DNA from: an uncultured Lachnospiraceae bacterium
GTDB taxonomy: Bacteria > Bacillota > Clostridia > Oscillospirales > CAG-272
Assembly: GCA_964638675.1 (NCBI GenBank)
Contig: CAZXAU010000012.1
Location: 1,927-65,926 of the forward strand
DNA: 64,000 bases
Reading direction: 5' to 3'
In this document: positions 1 to 8,600 of the stretch, one piece after another
How the letters are laid out: every line of letters begins with the position of its first letter
Numbering within the stretch: position 1 is the stretch's first letter
Made by a program: the position numbers and the translations under genes
The notes under the pieces: generated by a model
Told to the model about the DNA's origin: nothing
The model's input: only the letters and a program-made list of their open reading frames with translations
The model's database searches: none

Positions 1-442
1 AGTTCGAAACCTCTAACCCCGCCCAGCGGATACGGCTTTCAACGGCAATACGGGGAAAGACAGGATTCGTTGCGAGAGCTACCCTTAGTCCCATATTTCT
101 TATCTGCTTTACAGTTTCTGTCGCTTTCGGCTCACAGTCGCAAAAATCTTCCGCTCTCTGAAATTCCTTCTCATAAAACGCATGAAAGTGCTGTTGATCC
201 GCAAGTGCCTTTTCGCCGCAAATTTCAGCGAATTTCTGCCAGAAGGCTTCTTCATTACTTTGGGTGCCGTCATTCGTCACCATTGCGGTGATGCCATTAC
301 AAACTGCATTCATAAGCTGCCCGGCATCATATCCGTGAACTGACATGCTTTCTGTGAGAAGTTCAAAATACCCTTTTGTAAATTTTTCCTGATCCATAGG
401 AAGAAGAGTTCCATCCAGATCAAATAAAACTGCTTTTATCAT
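1..442 (-). CDS. HAD-superfamily hydrolase (partial; C-terminal part lies beyond the window edge)
   Basis: Absent from the ORF track because it is open at the window edge. Hand reverse-translation from ATG (442..440) gives MIKAVLFDLDGTLLPMDQEKFTKGYFELL...LATNPVFPRIAVESRIRWAGLEVS. It carries DxDGT motif I of the haloacid dehalogenase family. An SD-like AAGGTGAG lies just upstream on the minus strand. Confidence 0.8.
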   Translation of the reverse strand, partial: MIKAVLFDLDGTLLPMDQEKFTKGYFELLTESMSVHGYDAGQLMNAVCNGITAMVTNDGTQSNEEAFWQKFAEICGEKALADQQHFHAFYEKEFQRAEDFCDCEPKATETVKQIRNMGLRVALATNPVFPRIAVESRIRWAGLEVSN

Positions 443-457
443 TTTCTCACCTTGCTC

Positions 458-486
458 TTGACTTTTTATAAACGGTATGTTATACT
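458..486 (+). promoter_or_regulatory. sigma-A-type promoter upstream of the TetR gene
   Basis: TTGACT (458-463), a 17-nt spacer, then TATACT (481-486), preceded by TGT (extended -10). Confidence 0.5.
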
Positions 487-610
487 TAAAAAGATATGAT
501 AGTACCATTTGCGAATATTATATCATGCATTTGTTGAAAAAACAAGTGGTCAAAATCGAATCGGTACGAATGACGAAAAAAGTACCTTTTATACAGGAGT
601 GACAACCAAA

Positions 611-1120
611 ATGGGTGGAAATGCGAAAACAACAGAATTTTTGAAAGAGTGTATTGCAGATGCACTGATCAAATTGATGAAAACAAAACCGATTGAAAAA
701 ATAAGTGTTCCTGAAATCGTGGAAACCGCATGTGTCGGAAGAACAACCTATTTCAGGAACTTTTCAAATAAAAATGAAGTGATAACTTTCAAATTGGTTC
801 GGCTTTGGGAAAGATGGGCAGAGGAACATAACTTAGACGAACGCAGGAGATATACGATCAATAATGCGCATACCTTTTTTGATTTTAATTACAGTATCCG
901 GGAATTGCTTAGCTTGATCTACGAAAAAAATTTGCAATCCACGGTTTATGATGCCTTTTACAGCATCATGGTTGCACAGTGCGGTGCAAATGCGATTGAG
1001 TGCTATAAAAGCCGGTTTTACAGCTACGGACTTTTTGGGTTGCTCGATGAATGGATCAAACGAGGTTTTTATGAATCTCCCGAAGAAATGGCGAAAATAA
1101 TAATAGAGTTATCAGAATAG
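611..1120 (+). CDS. TetR/AcrR-family transcriptional regulator
   Basis: The N-terminal HTH pattern (ISVPEIVETACVGRTTYFRNFSNKNEV) is typical of TetR_N. I prefer ATG at 611 (MGGNAKTTEF...) over the track's upstream start at 509. Confidence 0.8.
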   Translation: MGGNAKTTEFLKECIADALIKLMKTKPIEKISVPEIVETACVGRTTYFRNFSNKNEVITFKLVRLWERWAEEHNLDERRRYTINNAHTFFDFNYSIRELLSLIYEKNLQSTVYDAFYSIMVAQCGANAIECYKSRFYSYGLFGLLDEWIKRGFYESPEEMAKIIIELSE

Positions 1121-1522
1121 ATATATGTATTTTGGAATGATATACTATAAATATAGTAGACTATCTCCTATAATTCTGATATAACAGAAAACAGTTAATA
1201 AGCGCTCCGAATGTCGGACGGGATGGGATTTATAACAATAAAGCAACTATGAATGAAATTATTAAAAACATTTTTTCGACCGTAACAATAGATCGTATTA
1301 TCAAGCCGATCTACAATTTTAAAGCAAGCGAAAATGCAAATAATAAACGGCGTTGAGCATATCATAGAAAAATTTTTTTGAAAAAACAGAAAACAACAAA
1401 GTGATATGATCTGTAAGAGCAGACATTTGAATTAACAGAACTCATTTACTTTTTCCATATCTTTTTAAGTTTCATATCTATTGTAATACTACAGAATCTT
1501 TTTGAATTTTCTTGTTTGTGTA

Positions 1523-1551
1523 TTGACAAAGGCATAAATTTATGATACACT
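1523..1551 (+). promoter_or_regulatory. sigma-A-type promoter driving the leader ORF and methyltransferase
   Basis: TTGACA (1523-1528), a 17-nt spacer ending in TGA (extended -10), then TACACT (1546-1551). Confidence 0.5.
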
Positions 1552-1580
1552 GTTCCAAATTTTCTGAAAGGAGTACGGCA

Positions 1581-1688
1581 ATGACAGTTAATATCTTTGC
1601 TCTTAATATTGCTATCACTATGCACGATGATGATACTCGTTATTGGTATTCGTCGGGCTTGTGTTGTCGTACCCAAATTTCAGTATAG
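1581..1688 (+). CDS. 35-aa leader-type small ORF (MTVNIFALNIAITMHDDDTRYWYSSGLCCRTQISV)
   Basis: ATG at 1581 is preceded by GAAAGGAG at a suitable distance. It sits between a promoter and an intrinsic terminator just upstream of the methyltransferase. It is too short for the ORF track and was found by hand translation. Confidence 0.35.
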   Translation: MTVNIFALNIAITMHDDDTRYWYSSGLCCRTQISV

Positions 1689-1723
1689 TCTTTTGTTGGA
1701 TTATAAGATATTAGGATAATGAC

Positions 1724-1763
1724 GGTGCAGGTCGAAGGAGTTTCGATTTGCACTGTTTTTTTA
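1724..1763 (+). terminator. rho-independent terminator/attenuator in the methyltransferase 5' leader
   Basis: The hairpin is GGTGCAGGTCGAA (1724-1736) / TTCGATTTGCAC (1742-1753) with G:U pairs, followed by TGTTTTTTTA. It lies 19 nt before the SD GGAGGT of the methyltransferase. Confidence 0.6.
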
Positions 1764-1781
1764 TTTCTTGGAGGTAGAATC

Positions 1782-2570
1782 ATGGAAAGAATGGAAGCAC
1801 TCACAAACTATTACACCACACACAATGAAGATGCTCGTCTGACTCCCAAGCGTGGTATGGTCGAGTTTTTGACCACGATCCATTATGTAGAGAAGTATCT
1901 GAAACCCGGTATGCGTATCCTTGAGATCGGTGCCGGCACAGGTAGATATTCACACTATTTCGCACAGAATGGGTATAATGTAGATGCAGTGGAGCTCATG
2001 GATTGCAATATTGATGTCTTCAAGGCAAATACGAAGGCCGGAGAAACCGTTACGGTTCAGCAAGGCGATGCTGTAAACCTTCAGAATATTGCTACTGACC
2101 GTTATGACATCACGCTCCTTCTTGGACCTATGTATCACCTGTATACCGATGAGGATAAGCTTGCCGCTATGAGTGAGGCAATTCGTGTAACCAAGAAAGG
2201 CGGTATTGTATTTGCGGCATATTGCAATAACGATACTACAGTATACCACTATGGCTTTCTTCGCAGTGGTTTTAAAGGAGGAGAGCACAATGATCTGATC
2301 GACTATGAAACATTCAAGCTCAGTTCGACACCGAAAGAAGTGTTTGCACTTTACAGGCAGGAGGATGTCAACGAGTTGATGAGCCACTTCAACACCGAAA
2401 GACTGCACTATGTAGGAACCGATATGTTGACACGCTTTATTGGCAACGCAGTTGATGAAATGGATGAGAAAACTTTCGGGATGTATATGAAGTATCATCT
2501 TTGCATCTGTGAGCGCAAAGATATGGTTGGCGCAACTGCGCATATGTTGGATATTTTCAGAAAGGAATAG
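1782..2570 (+). CDS. class I SAM-dependent methyltransferase
   Basis: The SAM-binding motif I is ILEIGAGTGRYS and the fold is Rossmann-like. ATG at 1782 follows SD GGAGGT (1771-1776). The track start at 1719 would place the terminator hairpin inside the gene. Confidence 0.85.
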   Translation: MERMEALTNYYTTHNEDARLTPKRGMVEFLTTIHYVEKYLKPGMRILEIGAGTGRYSHYFAQNGYNVDAVELMDCNIDVFKANTKAGETVTVQQGDAVNLQNIATDRYDITLLLGPMYHLYTDEDKLAAMSEAIRVTKKGGIVFAAYCNNDTTVYHYGFLRSGFKGGEHNDLIDYETFKLSSTPKEVFALYRQEDVNELMSHFNTERLHYVGTDMLTRFIGNAVDEMDEKTFGMYMKYHLCICERKDMVGATAHMLDIFRKE

Positions 2571-2624
2571 AACAATAAGTGTATCAATTGAATTTACGAT
2601 TTCCTCGGGAGTACCAAACAGTAA

Positions 2625-2664
2625 AAATCCGAACCCTAAGCTAATAGGCAAAGGGTTCGGATTT
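2625..2664. terminator. bidirectional hairpin terminator between convergent genes
   Basis: A 13-bp stem AAATCCGAACCCT / AGGGTTCGGATTT, flanked by an A-run on the left and a T-rich tract on the right. Confidence 0.6.
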
Positions 2665-2675
2665 GTCATATATTT

Positions 2676-2879
2676 TCAAAGCAATTCATTTATGCGTTTT
2701 ACGCAAATCTTATAACGTTCTTCCCGTGTAAAAGAATTATCTGAATCGGATAAGGCACGATGGCACCATTTCGGTGTATGTTTGACAAAGAATATAATAT
2801 CCGCCATCAAAAGTTCGTCTGTACAGACCTCTTTTGCCCACGTATAAAGAGCGATTGTTGCATATGTTTCTTTCACCAT
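2676..2879 (-). CDS. hypothetical small protein (67 aa)
   Basis: This is an ORF only and I recognise no motif. Its placement between a terminator and the EamA gene makes it plausible but unproven. Confidence 0.3.
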   Translation of the reverse strand: MVKETYATIALYTWAKEVCTDELLMADIIFFVKHTPKWCHRALSDSDNSFTREERYKICVKRINELL

Positions 2880-2907
2880 ATCTTTTCATATTGAAAAAAC
2901 GTCTTTT

Positions 2908-3825
2908 TTATGTGTCACTTCGTGATCTCCTGCTCTTTTTTCCGGAAAACAGCGGTTTATCGCTTGCACAAGCCCAGGCACCGATTGCCATCAGTGCAAG
3001 ACCGATAAAATATGTGTACGTCGGCACACCTGCGAAAATAATCAGCGAGAGCAATGTCCCGATGAACGGTGCAATAGCATAATATGCACTTGTTCTTGCC
3101 GCTCCGAGTATACGCTGTGCATACACATAAAAGAAAATACTCAGACCGTAAGCAACAAGCCCGACGCCGAGAACGGCAAATACACTCCAAAGTGCTGTAA
3201 TGCGCTCACCGATAACAAGTCCGATGATGACCGATCCGAGACCGGAAAATACGCCTTTCAGCAGTACAATTTGCATAGGGTCTTTTGATGAAATTTTCCT
3301 TGTGCAGTTGTTTTCAAAGCCCCAGCACAGACCTGCAAGCAGAATGAACAGTGAGCCATAAGAGAATTGCAGACTTGTAATATCTTCAAAAGACAGTACC
3401 GCACAGGACAGTGTTACGAATGCTATACCGAGCCAGAGACGGGAGCTGATCTTTTCTTTGAAAACCATTAAGGCTATGATTGCTGTTGCGACGATCTCAA
3501 AATTATTGAGCAACGAAGCGTTTGCCGCAGTGGTGGATCGTAGGCCGATCAGCAGACAGATCGGTGCAGCAATGTCGAGCAGGATCATTGCAACAGTGTA
3601 TGGAAGCTCGTTTTTTGTGAGCCGTGTTTCCGGTTCAGTTGTTTTTCGTATTCGCCGTATAAAAGCAATAGCTATCATTCCAACGCCGGCGCCTATGTAT
3701 AAGAAACCCGCCATCAGGGTTGACGGCATATAGTTAAGTAATATATTTGAAAACGGGGAATTGATTGCGTATAATGCCGCCGCAACAATGGCGAAAGCTA
3801 TGCCCTTTCGTGTATTTGTATTCAT
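2908..3825 (-). CDS. EamA/DMT-family permease
   Basis: About 10 predicted TM helices in two EamA-like halves. SD AGGAGG lies upstream of ATG 3825. Confidence 0.85.
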   Translation of the reverse strand: MNTNTRKGIAFAIVAAALYAINSPFSNILLNYMPSTLMAGFLYIGAGVGMIAIAFIRRIRKTTEPETRLTKNELPYTVAMILLDIAAPICLLIGLRSTTAANASLLNNFEIVATAIIALMVFKEKISSRLWLGIAFVTLSCAVLSFEDITSLQFSYGSLFILLAGLCWGFENNCTRKISSKDPMQIVLLKGVFSGLGSVIIGLVIGERITALWSVFAVLGVGLVAYGLSIFFYVYAQRILGAARTSAYYAIAPFIGTLLSLIIFAGVPTYTYFIGLALMAIGAWACASDKPLFSGKKSRRSRSDT

Positions 3826-4264
3826 TCAGCCTCCTTGACTAATCAGAGAATTTTCCGTATATTTTCTGTATAATATTATATTTGACAATATAATACCATG
3901 CTCATTATTATACTCATAGCTAACACCAGATGCAATAACCAAATGAAAATAAATGTGTGATACTGAACATTTTCGCAAAATCGTACGGGAGAATTGTATG
4001 AACAGGCGCCGGCAGAAAAAGTCTCATTCAGTTGTTTAAAGAGAAGCAGACGTATTGAGTGAACCCGCTCCTGAAGCCTATCCATTCTGTCTATGTCTCC
4101 GTTAACGGGCTTCGGGGGTCATTTGTTTCAATATATTTATAAATATTTATAAATTATTTTCATTATTTTTTCACTTTTTTGGCCATATATATTTACAACG
4201 CAGAATTTTCTAAAAGAAATTTGAATTTTTTTTGAATTTTTTTATTTTTTCTGGAAATAAATTC

Positions 4265-4293
4265 TTGACATTTTGACGTTTTTGTGTTAAAAT
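4265..4293 (+). promoter_or_regulatory. sigma-A-type promoter of the pilus operon
   Basis: TTGACA (4265-4270), a 17-nt spacer, then TAAAAT (4288-4293) with an upstream TGT (extended -10). It is preceded by an A/T-rich UP-like tract containing T8, T7 and T6 runs (4226-4250). Confidence 0.5.
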
Positions 4294-4428
4294 AACAAAC
4301 CCGTATTATAAATGTTTTTTGAAGTCTTATCGATAGATATCGATGAAAGTACGCCCTTTGGTTGCAACGCCTTGGCAAATAGTTGCAAAAGGTTGCTTTG
4401 AAAATGCGGAAGGGGGAGGTATACGATC

Positions 4429-4833
4429 ATGACCGATAAGGAATTTAAAAGACTCAGTAAATCCGATCTGCTTGACATTATTTTTGAACTGCAAAAGAAT
4501 GAAAAGGAACTGCGGGACAGAAATGAGGAGCTTGAACAAAAGCTTGCGTCAAAGGAATTGAAAATAGAAAATGCCGGCTCGATTGCCGAAGCTGCGCTGG
4601 CTGTAAACGGCTTTTTTGAAGCTGCACAGGCGGCGGCAGATCAGTATGCTGCACAGGCAGCACAGCTGATTGAGCGTGCCGAAAAGGATGCGCAGGTCAT
4701 CATTGCCGATGCACTTATAAAGGCAGAGCAGATCATACAGGAAGCAAAGGCAGAAAGCCGATGCGCTTATGCTGATAAAGACAGAGCAAATCATGCAAGA
4801 GGCAAAGGCAGGAAAAAGAAAAGCAAGCGATGA
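4429..4833 (+). CDS. coiled-coil protein, first gene of the pilus operon (134 aa)
   Basis: SD GGGGGAGG lies upstream. The sequence is heptad-rich (ELQKNEKELRDRNEELEQKLASKELKIENAGSIAEAALAVNGFFEAAQAAADQY). The C-terminal K/R tail arises from an out-of-frame duplicated segment (see findings). Confidence 0.6.
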   Translation: MTDKEFKRLSKSDLLDIIFELQKNEKELRDRNEELEQKLASKELKIENAGSIAEAALAVNGFFEAAQAAADQYAAQAAQLIERAEKDAQVIIADALIKAEQIIQEAKAESRCAYADKDRANHARGKGRKKKSKR

Positions 4834-4926
4834 TCTTGCATATAAAGAAACCGTTTCGAAGATCTTTAAAATAAAGAAGATCTCACAGATTAAAATCGGA
4901 ATTTACCCACCGAGAGGAGGCAGCTT

Positions 4927-5520
4927 ATGCAACAGCATGACAGAAAAAACAAGACCGTTGAGATTCCCTCCATGGAGCAGGTTGCGCAAGCGAGAAAAAA
5001 CATCAGATACAAAAGGCGCTACCAGGCGGTATTGCGCAGTACGGTGGGAATTCTGACCGTTGTTGCAGCACTTGCTGTTCTCGTTGTTACATTGGTAATG
5101 CCCATTTTGCAGATTTCGGGTATCTCAATGTCCCCCACGTTGCAGGACGGACAGATCGTATTATCTGTGAAAAGCACCGATCTGCACACAGGGGATCTTG
5201 TGGCATTTTATCAGGGCAACAAGCTGCTCATCAAAAGATGCATCGCAGGTCCTGCGGACTGGGTGAATATTACCGAAGACGGTACGGTTTATGTAAACGA
5301 AAAGCCGCTTGATGAGCCGTATGTTTCAGAAAAGTCTTTGGGAAAGTGCGATATAGAGTTTCCGTATCAGGTTCCTGCTGACAGGTGGTTTGTTTTAGGT
5401 GACAACAGAGAAGAATCGATAGATTCGCGAAGCACGACGGTCGGATGCGTTACAAGCGATCAGATCGTAGGCAAAGTGGTTTTCAGAATATGGCCGATTC
5501 ACGATTTCGGCACCCTCTGA
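4927..5520 (+). CDS. signal peptidase I (S26)
   Basis: S26 boxes are present: GISMSPTL (catalytic Ser), LIKRCIAGPAD (catalytic Lys) and GDNREESIDSR. There is an N-terminal TM anchor, and SD GAGAGGAGG lies upstream. Confidence 0.9.
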   Translation: MQQHDRKNKTVEIPSMEQVAQARKNIRYKRRYQAVLRSTVGILTVVAALAVLVVTLVMPILQISGISMSPTLQDGQIVLSVKSTDLHTGDLVAFYQGNKLLIKRCIAGPADWVNITEDGTVYVNEKPLDEPYVSEKSLGKCDIEFPYQVPADRWFVLGDNREESIDSRSTTVGCVTSDQIVGKVVFRIWPIHDFGTL

Positions 5521-5637
5521 GGGTGCTCGTGTCGTATGCGGCGAATAGAATGTCAATTGTTTTTTAAGATCATATGATGATAGAGTATCTCACGAAAGGA
5601 GGCAGTTGAAATATCAAATTTAATAGATCAGACAGCA

Positions 5638-8600
5638 ATGTGTAAGCTGAAGCACAAGAAACGCAAGCGACGTCAAATTATTTTGTCAGTGTTGGCGTCC
5701 ATAGTTGTTTTTTCAACGGTTTATGCTTTGATCCTTCCGGCAATTACCTTTACAAGTGGGTTTACTGTAAACGGCTCCAACGCCCAAAGCGATTATACCT
5801 GGAGCAATGATGCGATTGCAATGTCTGTGACTTTAAGCGGAAATGCGAAAAGTAAGGGAATAATTCAAAAGAATACAGATCCGGTTTTAGATGTAGAGTT
5901 AAATGGGGAAGCCTATACCGAATGGCTTGAAAAGTATGCGGAAAGTGCTGATATACAGCCTCTCCTTGTGTTTAAGCTGCATTTAAATGTGGGCGATACC
6001 GAGCTTGACATCAGTGGTTGCACCGCTGAAATTGATCTTAAGGTGAACAGCTCCTTCATCAGTGCAGCAACACCGATGGCAGTCAGTGCAGACAGCACAA
6101 CGGTCGAAGCCAGTCAACCCGACATTTTAGCTGTGATCGACAGTTCACTGGGGGAGGTTGCCTCCACGGAGCTTTTTGAAAACGATAGTCCTGTCCTGCT
6201 GTTTACGGTAAACGCCGGCGAACCCACCGCTTTGGCACTTGAGTCCAACCCGATGTTTACAATTCAGCACTATTTATGGTTTGCACAGATCGTTACAGAC
6301 CTTGATGAGAACTCAAACGAAACTAAGCTTCCGTTTATCAATGCAAGTTACGGAAAACCGCGAGAGTTTCCTTCGAATCACAGTCAGCCGAGTCTTTATC
6401 TGCAAAATTCAACCGTTCAGAAAACTTTCAACGTTTATCTGACGCCGACTGCAAACGGCAAGGTTTTAAAAACCAAAGAAGTACTCACAAGAATTTTTAA
6501 TGATGAAGTAACTACCTATAGGTTAAATCCTCAGATCTCTTATATGGACCGTTTGTTTAACGGTTCCGTAGATTACAACCACAACTATACACTTAAGGAG
6601 GTCTGGGTCTATACGCCCGGTCAGGGTTCATCTAAAACTGCAGATGAGTTGACAGATGATGACTTCAAAAAGTACGATGTTCCGAAAGACGGTACCCGAC
6701 ACCTGCCCGAGCGCATCCGGTTTACAAACAACCCCGCAAACAAACATATTAATGGGACCGGGTATACCGAAGCATATCCTTACGATTATACCATTCTGAT
6801 ACAGCATGGAGCGGTTGTCCGTCTGGTGTTTGATGCCACTGAATCCGACAATGTTGAGCGGGATGTCAACTTCTTTGATTACGACATTACCGATGGGCAT
6901 ATTTACACCGGATATGATTCCTCTACCGGTAAACCTACCGGTCAAACAGCAACAAGCAATCAGACAAACACGAGCATTTGGTATGCTTACACCGACAGAC
7001 AAGGAATTAACAGCGATAAAAATTACAGCGGAAGCGGACAGAAGTACGCTTTCGGAAACGCAAATACAAAAACAGGACTTCAGTATTCACGCTTGTTGAT
7101 CAACGGCGTCAACAGCTATTTCAACAAATATAACCAAAATAGCAAAGATGACGGCGGTGGTTTGATTTGCTATCAAGGTTGTGCCTTCGGTTTGGTCACG
7201 GGAATCAATCCGATCACTGAAGAGAATTCCCTGCCTACACCGATGTGGCATGAGGGGATCGTTGCGCCCGATCTTTTCGGTACTTCTGAAGCCACCGGCA
7301 AAACAGCCTTTACAAACGGAGAGTATTCTCTAGGATTTAACCGTGTGGGCGGAACGTACACCCTCAGTTATGTAAGTGCCAATAAAACAAACGCTGACCA
7401 AACAAAATATTCGGAAAAGGTTACCGGAGATCTCTTTAAGTTTGTGAATAACACGCAGTATCCGTATATCAATTCCAACGAATTCTGGCCCATGGACAGC
7501 GCTCCGACATATGGGGCAGACGGTCATGATCTGAAGTTCGGTGATAATGCATTGAAAGATCAGCGGCAGTGTGTGGGTGCTGTTGTTGATGGAGATAGAG
7601 TTAAATTTTTTCCTCTTGCAGACAAATCCGCCGACCACAACGCCTATTTCGGCATGTCATTCAGTTTAAACTTCACAGTTGAACCGGGATATTGTGCTCC
7701 GCTTGCATATTGGTTCTACGGAGACGATGACATGTGGGTTTTCCTTGAAAAGCTGGATGCAGACGGAAACTCCACAGGCGATGCAAAACTGATTGCAGAC
7801 ATCGGCGGTGTTCACTCTTCGGTGGGCGAGTATGTCAATCTTTGGGATTATATTGAACCGATACCGTATAAAGACGAAAACGGAAACGAAAATACTGCAA
7901 GCTCCTACCGTCTGACTGTATTCTATACTGAACGCGGTGCATCCGGATCTTGCTGCTATATGCGCTTCGTCGTGCCGCTTGACAGTAACACCACCCCTCC
8001 TCCGGAGAGGGATGACGAACTTGTTTTTGAGAAGATCGTGCTTGGTGAAGACGGAGATCCTCTTCCTTACGATGAAAACAGTCAGGAGTTCACCTTCCGT
8101 TTGACTCTGGTAACTGCAGACGGCGTATCCTATGAAGACATTTACGATTATGCCGTCTACAGAACCGATGTCACCCCGAATCACAGAGCCCCCGATGCAA
8201 TCCCCGTAAGAAGCGGTACGATCGGAACCAAGATTGCCGAATCGGGCGAATACGAGTTTACACTGCGAAACGGTGAATACATTGTTGTCACAGGTCTTCC
8301 TGATGATACGCACTACACGATCAACGAAGCTGCAACAGGAAACTATGTGACTCAATATCAAAAAGGAAATCACTATCATGTAGGCGATGAGCAAGTCAAT
8401 ATTCTTGATGGACCGATCCGCTACAATCATGAGGTGGGCAACCCATACAGAATTAACGCCGAAGACTATAACCTGGTGCGCTTCATAAACGGTCTTGCAC
8501 TCAAGACAGAGGTCGATCCGAGAGACGGAGAAGGCGTACAGATCGGTCAGAATATCTTATATGATATTGAATGGGGAAATGACCGGAATACGGTAGCGGA

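Noticed and set aside
1249-1356. 35-codon ORF (MNEIIKNIFSTVTIDRIIKPIYNFKASENANNKRR) in the TetR-methyltransferase intergenic region.
   Set aside because: It has no SD or promoter and sits in an AT-rich spacer, so it is indistinguishable from chance.
1719-1781. Track start (ATG 1719) for the methyltransferase.
   Set aside because: It would translate through the terminator hairpin and T-run and has no SD. ATG 1782 has a GGAGGT SD and gives a typical N-terminus.
1950-2669. 239-aa ORF on the minus strand.
   Set aside because: It is entirely antisense to the well-supported SAM methyltransferase gene. It has no SD or motifs and its composition is low-complexity and Cys/Ile-rich, so it is a shadow ORF.
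4226-4250. T8/T7/T6 homopolymer runs upstream of the pilus promoter, considered as a slipped-strand phase-variation switch.
   Set aside because: They lie upstream of the -35 rather than in the spacer or coding region. They look like an ordinary A/T-rich UP element, and nothing in a single sequence shows length variation.
4769-5056. 95-aa ORF overlapping the end of the coiled-coil gene and the start of the signal peptidase gene.
   Set aside because: It is an alternative frame of the 58-bp duplicated segment and runs through the SD and start of the signal peptidase. I treat it as a by-product of the duplication, not a separate gene (see finding).
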